From Eledone cirrhosa (Eukaryota), in assembly GCA_964016885.1 (NCBI GenBank), contig OZ024751.1, positions 1,302,001 through 1,366,000 on the forward strand: a stretch of DNA of 64,000 bases, read 5' to 3'. Position numbers and translations under genes: made by a program. The notes below the pieces were generated by a model. It saw only the letters and a list, made by a program, of their open reading frames with translations. It had not been told where the DNA came from and ran no database searches. Positions 1 through 12,190 of the stretch are shown piece by piece (position 1 is the first letter of the stretch; every line of letters starts with the position of its first letter).

Positions 1-231
1 TACTATTTTTATAAAATACTTTTTTTTCTTTTTCTAATGGAGATCCGGAGATTGATCCTCGACATTTGGTGATGTTGTATTTTTAACTATCAAATAGAAA
101 ACATAAAAAATATATAATATAATGAAATAAAGTAAATACCATGAAGTAAAACCAAATCCCTTGATTGTATTCTATTAATAAAGACACCGAAAATAGTTGA
201 ATGTGAGAGAGAAGTAGAGACAGAGAGAGAA

Positions 232-246
232 ATTGAGAGAGAGAAC

Positions 247-333
<87 letters not shown>
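232..333. repeat. (GA)n microsatellite
   Basis: Direct reading of the AG dinucleotide run. Confidence 0.95.
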
Positions 334-337
<4 letters not shown>

Positions 338-680
338 GTATGAAAATAGAACCGGTATTTGCAAGTTAAAGCTGAAATTGAAGACAAGGATCGGTTGAAC
401 TGAAATGTACAGCAAAAGCCGCCATTACTACAGCACATTTGTTTGTTTTTTCCATCCGAAACAGTTTAGTTTATTTATAAAACAACACACAGAATTTAAA
501 AAAAAAACATTTCGTAGGGGAATAAATGAAAATTTACTATTCCACTTTTATTCATCATATTGAAAAAAAGGAAAAAAAAGGAAAAAAAAGAAAAAAAGGG
601 CTATTTTATTTGAAGAAATTTTTTTTCTTTGTGACTTGAAGTTTAATATGAAAGTGTTTTGAAAATGGAGAGAAAAATGA

Positions 681-814
<134 letters not shown>

Positions 815-1310
815 AAAAGTTCATTATTATTGATTACCCGTTAGTAATTAAGGGATCATTTATTCAAAAAGATAAATATTTTTGCAAAAGTACAGAGACT
901 CATGGCCATTGGTTTTATTTTTGTTTGTTAAAAATAAAAACCAAGTTTCCGTTTCTTGATATCAAATGTATAATAGTGTTGTATGATTTAAAAGTTAGAG
1001 TATTGTTTGAGGGGAAATAAAAGAGTGGACTTGGAGGGTTCAGATTGATTAAGTATGTCTTCCAAAATCGATTATTTTCTTTTAGGAGTTATTGTATTTT
1101 GGTCATTTGGAGGAAAAAAGATTGGAAATTAAAAAGAAAAACTTGAGAAGAATTTGCAGTAAATTGAAATACGCCACTCAAAATATGGATTGAAATTCTG
1201 TGTAATCGTGGAATGGAGGAAAACACGTCGTAAGTAAAATGTCACTTGTTTTAAGGGGCAGAGTATTATTATTATTATCATCATCATTATTATTATTATT
1301 ATTATTATTA

Positions 1311-1376
1311 TTCCTGTATTGTCCTGTACTGTCCTTAATGTCTACTTTATGTAAACCCTTGTGGTTAATAAAGAAA

Positions 1377-1379
<3 letters not shown>
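1311..1379 (+). mobile_element. Extreme 3' end of a Tx1-like LINE
   Basis: GTATTGTCC...CCCTTGTGGTTAATAAAGAAATC followed by (ATT)n; the same terminus is attached to the Tx1 fragments at 10620 and 62776. Confidence 0.6.
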
Positions 1380-1434
<55 letters not shown>

Positions 1435-1664
1435 AATTGCATTTATCTTGCTTTATGTTCATACGAGTTATCACCAAGTCACAACCAGTGACCTCAAGAG
1501 ACAACAAAGTCCGCCATGTTCAAGAAAGAACATACATACACACACATGCATCTTTAGGTGTTTAGACTTGTGATGTACTTATATTGACAGAATCTTCCTT
1601 AGTATATGGGCAGTTCCCATTAGTACTATCTTTTGTATTTCTCCTATACGCGGGTTTCCTGGGA
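1380..1664 (-). mobile_element. 3' fragment of an RLE-type (R4-like) LINE with (TAA)n tail
   Basis: Minus-strand IPGNPRIGEIQKIVLMGTAHILRKILSI* resembles the C-terminus of the 4412-7804 ORF (LQKACLLGTARTLRYVLNI*); followed by a 3' UTR and (TAA)n. Confidence 0.7.
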
Positions 1665-3130
1665 TCGAGGTGGTCGGCACCTTATTGAAGGAGCCAAACT
1701 TAACCCTGAAAAGTCGGTGGGCTTGCAGCTCGGAACCTGGAGAGGCAGGCCCATGCCGTCCAACAGCGTAGTGGGGTGCTGGACGGACGGACCGGTAAAG
1801 TTGCTCGGGGTTTGGTTCGGACCAGACCTCCAGGTGGAAAAGAATTGGGACGAGGTAACGAGCAGAGTAGCCAGTCTCACCCAAAAATGGGCTGGGAGGA
1901 AGCTATCACTGAAAGGTCGCGCGGAGGTGGCGAATGCGTACATCGCGTCCGTCATCTACTACCGCCTGACCGTCGTGCCTTGCCCCCGTTCGCGCCTCGT
2001 CAAGTTGGAACGGCTCCTCATCAAATTCTTGTGGAGGGGACAAGTTCCGTTGGTGAGGCGGTCCATCTGCTGCCAGCACCCTCTACGCGGAGGGCTGGGC
2101 ATGCCATGGCTAATGATGCGCAGACATGCGTTGAGGCTGCGACATCTCCAGATATTCTGCCTCAACGGTGAACAGGTGTGGTCACCGTTTAACAGACGGG
2201 CCTTTCCGCAGCTCATTTCTTTGACTGAGCTGCAGTCCTGGGTCAAGAAGAGACCGAGACTGGGTGACTGGCACCTGGAATGTTGCCAGGCACTCACTGC
2301 CCTCTACCAAGCGGGCAATGCGATCAGTGGAACTTCCACTCTCGAGTTCTATAGAGGATTAGTGGTGGGCAAGTACGATGACGCACTTGGAGAAGCTTTG
2401 GGCCTCGACGAAGTCGAACTGACCAGTCTGTACCGGAGGACTTTTGAGCCGGGGACGATGGACAATTTCCAGAAATCCCTCGCTTGGCAGTGCTACCGGG
2501 GGGCACTGCCGGTTCGGGATAAACTCTACAGGCACGGAAGTGCTGTCAGACGGACCTGCCCAAGATGCGCACAGAACGACGAAACCGTTCTGCACGCACT
2601 TGTCCAATGTCCGTGCATTACTGACTTGTGGAGTTATGTCGAACAGCTACTGTCGCGTGTGGAACGAATCCGGTTATCGGCCGAGTCCATAGTGAAGATT
2701 GATCCACCGCCTTCTTTAAGTCAGGAAGAGCAGGAAATTTTCCTCTGTCTGGTGGCAGTTGCGAAAGAGATTATATGGTGGACCAGGTTGAAAGGACTAA
2801 AGACAGACACTTTTCTCTTCGGCCAATCCCTCATTAACTTCTTCAAGTTTCACCTGGAAACGAAGGTGAGGGTGGAGAGAGAAGTGCTGCTCCCCAGTAC
2901 ATTTGCTAAAAGGTGGGTGAATGTGGCGAGAATGGCTCGTGTGAATGGGCCTACTCTGACCATGCGCCTATAGGCTAGCTAACTTGAGGAGAGGGGTGCT
3001 CTCCCTGGGTGCCCTAGAAGCGCAGGGTGGTTCAGGATTGGTGGGGTACCCGAGTCACCCCAGGGTCGTCTACCCCCTATCGGGGAATTTATTTTGTTAT
3101 ATTTATGCATAGTTTATTTTATATTTTTAT
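1665..3130 (+). mobile_element. 5'-truncated Tx1/L1-clade LINE (end of RT/thumb, zf-RVT CCHC region, part of 3' UTR); ORF ends at 2973
   Basis: GAKLNPEKS, VKLLGVWF, W..RKLSLKGR, GGLGMP and CPRC...ETVLHALVQC motifs typical of Tx1/L1 ORF2. Confidence 0.9.
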
Positions 3131-3759
3131 ACCAGTGACTCCCTCCTACACATACCAGCGACTCCCTCTTACACATACCAGCGACTTCCTCCTACACATA
3201 AGATTCTCTTTGACTGTTATTGGATACGTCCAGTCATTCCATGCGTAGATGTTTGTATCAATGCATCTAACCACCCATCCATCCAGCTACCCCCCCAATC
3301 CACCCATCTACCCATCCCCCATCACCCATCCACCCACCCATCCAACCATCCACCCAGCCATCCACCCATCCAACCATCCACCCATCCACCCAGCCATCCA
3401 TCCAAGTCACTCCCTTCTACATTACAACCAAATAAATCTCTTCTTTTCTCTCACTACCACTACCACCTCCTCCTTATTGTCCAGTCACACTTTATTGCAT
3501 CTATCGACACCCATCAATTGATCCTCTCCTACGTGCCCCCAGTCACACTTTATTGCATCTATCGACACCCATCAATTGATCCTCTCCTACGTGTCCCCGC
3601 CGCCTCCACCTACCCGACACCTCCCACATTTTCAGTACATGAATAAATAGATAGGACAAAATAATAAATATTTTTCTTTTACTCACAATGTCAGTAATTT
3701 GTGTGGTGGGTGAGAGTGAGGTGTAATTTTGATAAAGTATGTCAAAAATAGAAATGTTC

Positions 3760-3782
3760 AGTAGTAGTAGTAGTAGTAGTAA

Positions 3783-3831
<49 letters not shown>

Positions 3832-3898
3832 GGTGGTGGTGGTGGTGGTGGTGGTGGTGGTGGTGGTGGTGGTAGTAATCGTAGTAGTCGTCGTCGTT

Positions 3899-3960
<62 letters not shown>
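3760..3960. repeat. Compound (AGT)n/(GGT)n microsatellite
   Basis: Direct reading. Confidence 0.9.
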
Positions 3961-3962
<2 letters not shown>

Positions 3963-3974
3963 AAAGTTTGTTGA

Positions 3975-4284
3975 AATGAATATCAAGCCACTACCTGCAG
4001 CCTCAGATATTCAGGATGTATCGGAGGGTTCTTGCTGTTCCCAGCAAGCATGCCTTTTGAAGTGTTCCAAAAAGCGGGACTGGACTAATCTTCCTTAACC
4101 ATCCTTGGAAACTCTTTGAGATAGTACCTAGTGCGCCTATAACAATCGGGACGACCTTGATTTCATGGCAGTTCCAAATCCTTTTTACCTCCCACTTTAA
4201 GTCCTGGTATCGGTTAATTTTCTCCCTCTCCTTCTCTTGCACTCTCGTGTCGAATGGGCAGGCCACATCCACAATCAGGCACGA

Positions 4285-4286
<2 letters not shown>
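3975..4286 (-). mobile_element. 5'-truncated copy of the R4/Dong LINE (RLE C-terminus)
   Basis: ORF 4003-4272 is nearly identical to the C-terminus of the 4412-7804 ORF. Confidence 0.9.
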
Positions 4287-4325
<39 letters not shown>

Positions 4326-7300
4326 GTTATTGTTATTCCTTGAATCTCAGTCATTGATGTTGGTTAACTGGAAAGTCCGTTGGATTGAATATCAAGCCAC
4401 TACCTGCAGCCTCAGATATTCAGGACGTATCGGAGGGTTCTTGCCGTTCCAAGCAAGCATGCCTTTTGAAGCGTTCCAAAAAGCGTGAAGGGGCCGATTT
4501 TCTTTAACCATCCCTGGAAACCTTTGGAGATAGTCCCCAGTGCGCCTATGACAATCGGGATCACTTTGACTTCATGGCAGTTCCAAATCCTTTTCACCTC
4601 CCACTTTAGGTCCTGGTATCGGTTAATTTTCTCCCTCTCCTTCTCTTGCACTCTCGTGTCGAACGGGCAGGCCACATCCACAATCAGGCACGATCTTTTT
4701 TCTTTGTCCACAACCACCAGGTCAGGTCTATTGTGTTCCAGTTTTTTGTCCGTCTGTATCCTAAAATCCCACAGCACCTTCACCTGACTGTTCTCCATCA
4801 CCGCCTCTGGCCTATGCTCATACCATTTCTCAGAATGTGGTAGATTGTTTACTTTGCACAGGTGCCAGTGGATCACCCTGCCCATCACATCGTGTCTCCA
4901 GCCCTTATAGTGGGTCTGGGCTAGGTGTTTACACTCGGACACAATGTGAGCCACAGTCTCCTCTCTCTCTCCACAGATCCTGCACAGTGGGCTAGCCTCC
5001 TCCTTGTAGATATGGTGCTTCAACCACTTCGTTTTGAGGGCCTGCTCCTGCGCAGCCATTAGCATTCCTTCTGTAGCCTTTTTGAGGTCTCCTCTTCTCA
5101 ACCAGTTCCATGTCTGTGGATCTCTAAATTCAGTTTTCTCAAAGAAGGTACTATGAAGGGATTTTCCCTTAAGGCTGCTCTTCCTCCTTGATGTTATTTC
5201 CTCCTTGGGTATCCCCTGGCCTACTCTCCCCTCCTTCAGTACAGCTCTGAGCATTGGCTCCTTACTATAGGTCACGTATTTGTATAGGTTGTTTTTCTCC
5301 ATCTGAACACAGTCCTCTATGCTGATAAGACCTCTTCCACCCTCAGATCTCCTTAGGTAGAGTCTATCGACATCACTCCTCTTGTGGAACATGTTGTAGA
5401 TAGTCAATAGCTTCCTAGTCTTCCTATCCATTTCTTTTTGTTCAGCAACATTCCATCTCAGAATTCCCGCACTGTACCTAATAATAGACACAGCTCGGGA
5501 ATTTACTGCGCTTATGGCATTTCTGCTGTTCAGATGTGACTTCAATACGCTCCTTACTCTCCGAATGTATTCAGTTCTTAACAATTCCTTCATTTTTTTG
5601 TTCTTTATGCCATCAGCCTCCAGAACGCCCAAATACTTGTATCCTTCCTCAGAGTCAATTTCCTTTATCATCTCACCTGTTGGTATCTGGATCCCGTTAC
5701 TTCTGCTCAACCTACCCCTCCTCATCACAATGACTCCACATTTACCAATACCAAACTGCATACATATATCACTGCTGAAAATACGGACAGTGTCAACAAG
5801 CACATCCAACTCCTTCTCACTTTTCCCGAAGAGCTTAAGATCGTCCATGAAGAGGAGGTGATTGATGGTAAGCTCTCCCCTTCCCAACTTGTATCCTGCT
5901 CTCACTTTTCGCAGCATAATGGTCAAGGGCATCAGGGCAAGGACAAACAACAGAGGGGACAGGCTATCTCCCTGGAAGATACCTCTCTTGATCTTCACGC
6001 TTCCCAAGGATACTCCAGTTGATGTCAACTCTGTCTCCCAGGACCCCATACTCCTGCCCAGCAACTCTCTGATGTTATCTGCCACCCTGAAGATCTCCAG
6101 GCTTTTGGTGATCCAGGAATGAGGCACCATGTCAAATGCCTTTCTGTAGTCTATCCATCCCATGGCAAGATCAGTGTGTCTCCTCCTGCAATTCCCCATT
6201 ACCATCTTATCAATAAGCAACTGGTCCTTTGTACCACGTGACTTCTTTCGGCATCCTTTCTGTTCGTCCGGCAACAAGTTGTTTGTGTGGAGGTGATGGT
6301 AGATTTCCTCAGACACAATGCTCGTCAACAGTTTCCACATTACGGGCAGACATGTGATAGGTCTATAGTTGGTAACATCATTACCCTTGATTCGGTCTTT
6401 CATTATCAGAACTGTGGTACCTTTTGTCAACCACTCTGGCACCTCACCCGACACCAAGCAGTCATTGAACATGGCCGTCAGCTTCGGGTGGAGGGATGTT
6501 AAATGTTTAATCCAATACCCCTGCACACCATCTGGGCCTGGTGATTTCCAGTTGGTTAGTTTTTTGGCTTGCCCCTTAAGAGTTTCAACTGTGATACTCA
6601 AATCAGTCTGTTGCTGTGCCTGCTCACCGATCTCCCTCTGTACTGTCTCAATCCACCCTGCCTGGGCATTGTGTCTAACATCCTGCTCCCATATTCCTCT
6701 CCAGAATGTTTTAGCTTGTTCCGCCCCAGGGATCAAGTCGGTGCCTCTTTCTTTCCCCTCAAGCTGTCCAAACAGCATCTTCTGGTTGTTGTCGAACATG
6801 CGGTTCTGTTTATACTGACTGACTCTGTTCTCGTATCGCCTGATTTTGGCACTCTTTGCTACAATGCGTTGCTTCAATTCCTCTATGATAATATTTAGCT
6901 TTTTACTCCTAGTTTTGTATTTTATTTCCAGTCTATTTTTAGTGCCTATGTTTTTTAGTGTCCCATTCAGTAGTGACTCAAGCTTTCCTATGTCATTTCT
7001 CATTTCCCCGATTTGCCCACTCAGTCGCTTCTTCCACCACGGCTCTGCTCTTTCTTGTCTGTTGTTTCCTCTCGCTTTTATACCAAGTAGTTTCCTCACC
7101 GTATTTGCTGTTGCTTTGAGGATATTGTTGCACTGGTGAAGACTCCTCGCCTCAAGGTATGGGATGACTTTGTTTACCTTAGCTGTTGTTTCTTTTAACT
7201 TTTTCCTGTCTACAAATCTTAGGTTCATAGGTCTCCCACTATCATTGTTCAACTCATCTACCACTAAATTTAGGATGTCAACCGAATCTTGTCCTAGCCC

Positions 7301-8843
7301 GTCAGCATTCATCTCCTCAGTGGCCGTATCTCTGTTCCAGGTATTATTTATCTCAGTATTCAGATCATTGTCTGCTTCGGGTGGTTCCTCCGCTCTCAGG
7401 ACCTCCTCACCTTCATTTCCCGCCGGCTCGCTTGTCTGGCATACTACACCCGCCATCTCCAAGCCATTCTCTCTGCTCAGTTCCTCCAGTTCCAGCTCGC
7501 TTATCCACCCATTAGTTCTTATTACCCGAGCCTGCCCGGCCAATTTTTGTTCATCTAATTTAAATAAACCAATCTCGTTCCAGATGTTATGCATCCGTCT
7601 CCTGTAGCCCCTCTCCTTGGGGTTACTTTTCAGGTAGCATTGCATAACAGTTCTATTCAATTCTTTCGTCCAGTTGGTTCTGGCCCCTTTCCTTCTTCTT
7701 CTTCCTCCAACATCAGCAGTATTTCGTTGACAGTCAGGTTCCTGCTGCTGAGCCAGGGGGCACCTGTTGGGTGAGAGTCTGTCACATGACGTTCTAGTCT
7801 CCATTTCACCGTTATTCGAACTGTTTATGTTCGATATTTAAACACTCTTATCGAGGATTGGCGAATGTATGTTTACATAGCCATCTGTGGATCCGCCATC
7901 CCACTTGGCCCTTGTGTGGCATTATCACCACGCTGTATACGGACACACATAAACAAACAAACACACGGGCAGAAAGGGCCCCAAAAATGAATAAGCATAA
8001 GTTTCATTGTAATGTAGTATTCGAATGTCTGACTTAGTTTTTGTTTTTTAAGTTTTACTTTTTCCCCCCTCTTCTCTGTCCGTCCGCCTGCCTCTCTCTT
8101 CATTCTTATTTTCTTTACGTTTTGGGGGTTTCTTTTTTTGTTTTTGTTTTTCTCTGTTTTTCTCGTTTTTTACTGTTGTTGCTGTGCTGCTTTTGTTGTT
8201 TATTTTTTCTTTTTTCTTTTGAGTCTATCTATATATTTTGATGCCTTCCTCTTTTTTAGCAGTAGGGATTCTATAATGTGGTGGCAGCAGCCAGCTAAAA
8301 GAAGAAGTGGGAGACTGGCGGCGGTAGCGATACTGAGACAGTGGTGGTGGTGATGTCGATACCGAGGCAGTGGTGGCGGTGATGTGACCGTATTACTGTA
8401 GCGATGGTGCTGTAGCGGTGGCAGCAGTGAAGGAGTGAAGGGGTGGTGGCGGCGGTGATGGGATAATGGTTGTAATGATGGCCGTAGTGATCGGTGGTGG
8501 TTTAGTGTACACAGGTGATAGGGTGGGTGGTGTATCTAGTTTCTGGTGTTGGTGAGTTTGGCTGTTCTATATAGTGTATACAGAGGAGGAGGGGGGGGGG
8601 TTCTTCTTCCATTTATAGCCATTTTCTTTTTTGGATATACAGTGTACAATACAAAGTTGAATATTTGAATATTTGAGCCTTATAACAATATATTTTGGGT
8701 CCGAATTTTTTGGGGCTCAAGCCGGGTGCTTTACGTAGCATTTGTACTAAGAGTTGTTATTTCACAAATGGTTTAAATATGTTAAAAATTCAAAACTTAC
8801 GGGAGCGATTTCATGACCTCCGTCACCTCGTGCGTCTTCTTCC
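4287..8843 (-). mobile_element. Putative full-length R4/Dong-clade non-LTR retrotransposon flanked by (TAA)n
   Basis: Single long ORF, short 3' UTR at about 4331-4411, (TAA)n tail at 4287-4330. The 5' boundary is inferred where unique sequence abuts (TAA)n at 8844. Confidence 0.8.
4412..7804 (-). CDS. Reverse transcriptase / restriction-like endonuclease polyprotein (1130 aa, R4/Dong clade)
   Basis: RT motifs NYRPITCL, WIDYRKAFDMVPH, GIFQGDSLSP, HLLFMDDLKLF, YKYLG; CCHC knuckle CRIC...H....C; RLE RPDLVVVD...IVDVACP; no APE domain; no stops. Confidence 0.95.
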   Translation of the reverse strand: METRTSCDRLSPNRCPLAQQQEPDCQRNTADVGGRRRRKGARTNWTKELNRTVMQCYLKSNPKERGYRRRMHNIWNEIGLFKLDEQKLAGQARVIRTNGWISELELEELSRENGLEMAGVVCQTSEPAGNEGEEVLRAEEPPEADNDLNTEINNTWNRDTATEEMNADGLGQDSVDILNLVVDELNNDSGRPMNLRFVDRKKLKETTAKVNKVIPYLEARSLHQCNNILKATANTVRKLLGIKARGNNRQERAEPWWKKRLSGQIGEMRNDIGKLESLLNGTLKNIGTKNRLEIKYKTRSKKLNIIIEELKQRIVAKSAKIRRYENRVSQYKQNRMFDNNQKMLFGQLEGKERGTDLIPGAEQAKTFWRGIWEQDVRHNAQAGWIETVQREIGEQAQQQTDLSITVETLKGQAKKLTNWKSPGPDGVQGYWIKHLTSLHPKLTAMFNDCLVSGEVPEWLTKGTTVLIMKDRIKGNDVTNYRPITCLPVMWKLLTSIVSEEIYHHLHTNNLLPDEQKGCRKKSRGTKDQLLIDKMVMGNCRRRHTDLAMGWIDYRKAFDMVPHSWITKSLEIFRVADNIRELLGRSMGSWETELTSTGVSLGSVKIKRGIFQGDSLSPLLFVLALMPLTIMLRKVRAGYKLGRGELTINHLLFMDDLKLFGKSEKELDVLVDTVRIFSSDICMQFGIGKCGVIVMRRGRLSRSNGIQIPTGEMIKEIDSEEGYKYLGVLEADGIKNKKMKELLRTEYIRRVRSVLKSHLNSRNAISAVNSRAVSIIRYSAGILRWNVAEQKEMDRKTRKLLTIYNMFHKRSDVDRLYLRRSEGGRGLISIEDCVQMEKNNLYKYVTYSKEPMLRAVLKEGRVGQGIPKEEITSRRKSSLKGKSLHSTFFEKTEFRDPQTWNWLRRGDLKKATEGMLMAAQEQALKTKWLKHHIYKEEASPLCRICGEREETVAHIVSECKHLAQTHYKGWRHDVMGRVIHWHLCKVNNLPHSEKWYEHRPEAVMENSQVKVLWDFRIQTDKKLEHNRPDLVVVDKEKRSCLIVDVACPFDTRVQEKEREKINRYQDLKWEVKRIWNCHEVKVIPIVIGALGTISKGFQGWLKKIGPFTLFGTLQKACLLGTARTLRYVLNI

Positions 8844-8844
8844 C

Positions 8845-8939
<95 letters not shown>

Positions 8940-9182
8940 GTTATTGTTATTCCTTGAATCTCAGTCATTGATGTTGGTTAACTGGAAAGTCCGTTGGATT
9001 GAATATCAAGCCACTACCTGCAGCCTCAGATATTCAGGATGTATCGGAGGGTTCTTGCTGTTCCCATCAAGCATGCCTTTTGAAGCGTTCCAAAAAGCGT
9101 TAAGGGGCCAATTTTCTTTAACCATCCCTGGAAACTTTTTGAGATAGTCCCTAATGCGCCTATGACAATCGGGATCACTTTA

Positions 9183-9185
<3 letters not shown>
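8844..9185 (-). mobile_element. 5'-truncated R4/Dong copy with (TAA)n tail
   Basis: 8940-9185 matches 4325-4572 closely; tail at 8844-8939. Confidence 0.9.
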
Positions 9186-9213
<28 letters not shown>

Positions 9214-9258
9214 CTTCTTCTTCTTCTTCTTCTTCTTCTTCTTCTTCTTCTTCTTCTT

Positions 9259-9287
<29 letters not shown>
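9186..9287. repeat. (TTC)n microsatellite
   Basis: Direct reading. Confidence 0.95.
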
Positions 9288-9333
<46 letters not shown>

Positions 9334-9521
9334 GTTATTGTTATTCCTTGAATCTCAGTCATTGATGTTGGTTAACTGGAAAGTCCGTTGGATTGAATAT
9401 CAAGCCACTACCTGCAGCCTCAGATATTCAGGACGTATCGGAGGGTTCTTGCTGTTCCAAGCAAGCATGCCTTTTGAAGCGTTCCAAAAAGCGTGAAGGG
9501 GCCGATTTTCTTTAACCATCC
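9288..9521 (-). mobile_element. 5'-truncated R4/Dong copy between (TAA)n tracts
   Basis: 9333-9521 is almost identical to 4325-4513; (ATT)n on both sides. Confidence 0.9.
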
Positions 9522-9600
<79 letters not shown>

Positions 9601-9680
9601 TTTACAATTTGTGCATTAAAAAGGCTACCAGTTATTCTGTAGATTTATTTATCTGTCATGTAAATCTGTCTGCCCACATT

Positions 9681-9778
<98 letters not shown>

Positions 9779-9779
9779 C

Positions 9780-9835
<56 letters not shown>
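9681..9835. repeat. (TATC)n microsatellite
   Basis: Direct reading. Confidence 0.95.
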
Positions 9836-9836
<1 letters not shown>

Positions 9837-10240
9837 GGTCAGACACCTTTCTCTCCGGCCAACAACTAATTCTTTTTTTCAAATACCACTTTGGTAGAAG
9901 AATCAGGATGGAGAGAGAGGTGCTGTACCCCAGCAAGTTTTATGAAAGGTGGGTGAAAGTGGCGAGAATGGCCCGAGTGAATGGGCCTTCTCTCAGCCTG
10001 TAGGTTGAGGAAAAAGAGGATGAGAGGAAAGGGGTACAAACTCTTCGTACTCCTGGAGATGAGGGTTGCACATTTTTTCGGGGGTATGTGTTACCCATAT
10101 GAACTGTCTCCCCCTATTGGGGAAAATCGACTAATTTTTTAAATTGCATTTGTGATATTTTACACGTTTCTATTGGATGTAAACTTCCCCCTTTGTATTT
10201 GTCCCCTTCTTTTGTGCCCCTGTGGCTAATAAAGAAACAT
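9836..10240 (+). mobile_element. Tx1-like LINE 3' fragment
   Basis: Similar to 2800-2970 (GAAAGGTGGGTGAA.GTGGCGAGAATGGC); ends CCCCTGTGGCTAATAAAGAAAC. Confidence 0.8.
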
Positions 10241-10251
10241 ATATATCTATC

Positions 10252-10617
10252 TTTAAGTATCACTTTAGAAGGAGAATCAGAGTGGAGAGAGAGGCACTGC
10301 ACCCCAGTAAATTTACTGAAAGGTGGGTGAATGAAGCGAAAATGGCCCGAGTGATTGGGCCTTCTCTGTTTATAAGCCTGTAGGTTGAAGAAGAGAGCAA
10401 AAAGGAAGAAAGGAGCACTTGCACAACATGCTCCTGGAGTTAAGGGTTGTTCTATCGACGTGGTATTAAACAACCCATTTGTGGCGCTTCCTCCCTATTG
10501 GGGATTTCGATTGTTGTAATTGTTTGTTTTTATACTTTTTACACGACTGTATGTAAAATCCCCGGCATGTCTTTGTATTGTCCCCTTTTCTTGTACGCCC
10601 TTGTGGCAAATAAAGAA

Positions 10618-10620
<3 letters not shown>
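10252..10620 (+). mobile_element. Second tandem Tx1-like 3' fragment followed by (TATC)n
   Basis: Same ORF-end similarity; ends CCCTTGTGGCAAATAAAGAAATC. Confidence 0.8.
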
Positions 10621-10686
<66 letters not shown>

Positions 10687-11000
10687 CTGCGATAAAGAAA
10701 GACATCTTCTGATTTGTTTATTTCAGTTTTTATGTTTATATCTATCTATGTATCTTCCTAGTTAACAGTTTGTATGTCTGATTGTGCGTCTATCGATCTT
10801 GCTAAATAAATGCATTAAGATGAATCCTTCTGTTTTGCTCTGCTTTGTCGCATTTGTCAGTTTTCTTGTGTCTGTGCATCAATATGAACAAATGTTAGGC
10901 TGGAAAACGTCGGTGTGCAAGTGGTGGTGATATGTATGCGCATGTGTGAAGAATTTCTCTACCATTTGAAATAGATTTGTATATATATATATATATATAT

Positions 11001-11400
11001 ATAAACAAATAGTAGAAAGGAAAAACATTTTTTCAGTGAGATATCAAAACATTAATTTATTTACAATACCGGTTTCAGCATTATATGCATTGTCAATTGT
11101 GGATATGCAAAATATTGTTAAGTTGCATATTTGTACAAATAGTGATAATAATAATGATAAAAATAAAAAGGGGAATAAACATGTATGTGAAAATTAATTT
11201 TTCTCCTCCTTCATATTATTATTATCAATATTTGTACAAATATGCAACTTAACAATATTATGCATATCTGCGATTGACAATGCATTTAATGCTGAAACAG
11301 GTATTGTAAATAAATTAATGTTTTGATATCTCACTGAAAAAATGTCTTCAGCATTTTCTACTGAAAGAATCTTTGTCCTTTCTACTATTTGTTTTTATAT
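11001..11400. mobile_element. Inverted-repeat element, family A (putative Penelope-like pLTR relic)
   Basis: Arms at about 11001-11150 and 11218-11400 are reverse complements; same family as 54208-54770; hammerhead motif in each arm. Confidence 0.7.
11063..11100 (-). ncRNA. Minimal hammerhead ribozyme motif, U3-A8 variant
   Basis: ACAA-TTGACAA-TGCATATAATGCT-GAA-ACCGGT-A-TTGT: helix I ACAA/TTGT, helix II GCAT/ATGC, palindromic helix III. Confidence 0.65.
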
Positions 11401-11554
11401 ATATCAACTCGTGTGTTACTTTTCTACATTCGATAGGCACTATATTTCATGTTGCTCCTTCTACGTGGAGTTGCGACCGATAGATAGTATTAGCAATTGG
11501 AAAGACCAATGGAAACATTGTTTCTTCGGTCCGATTTGACGAAAGTCGATCGTT

Positions 11555-11655
<101 letters not shown>

Positions 11656-11709
11656 TTATTTATATATATAAATATAAGTATGTACACGAAATTTAGTTTC
11701 ATTTTTTCC

Positions 11710-11776
<67 letters not shown>

Positions 11777-12049
11777 AAGAGAGCCTTCAGCCAGCAGTGA
11801 ATTTGAAATATACACACATACTCACATACATATATAACTGTGTGACTGGTATCTTCGTTAAATTTGCTGTAAAATACATATTTCACCGTGTGAGTACAAT
11901 TGTTTTAAAAATACATCCTTTCCTTTTAATAGAATATAGATGCATGCGAATGAAAAAGAACTGTTATAATTTTCCCCAATACACACACACACAAACACAC
12001 ACATATATATATACACACACGCATATATATATATATGTATGTGTGTGTC

Positions 12050-12190
12050 CCGAGTTCAATCGGGGGTAACCACAATAAGTAAGGTACTCAATACATAGCA
12101 GAGTATAATCTTTAATATAGAAATAGCTTCTACAGGACTAGAACTGTTTCATTTGAAGGAAATCATCAGAAAGCTTTCCTGTTGATTTGT
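12050..12190 (-). mobile_element. Family B Penelope-like relic with hammerhead core
   Basis: Minus strand CTGATGA-TTTCCTTCAAAT-GAAACAGTTCTAGTC; same family as 48868-49057. Confidence 0.5.

Noticed and set aside
1-90. Minus-strand coding exon starting MSRINLRISIRKRKK
   Set aside because: The frame stops after 18 codons.
3481-3593. About 55-bp direct duplication
   Set aside because: Simple local tandem duplication with no further structure.
7860-8843. HDV-like ribozyme in the Dong 5' region
   Set aside because: Such ribozymes are known in some RLE-type elements, but I could not build a consistent P1-P4 nested pseudoknot by eye at 8843 or at 7860-7935; needs a descriptor search.
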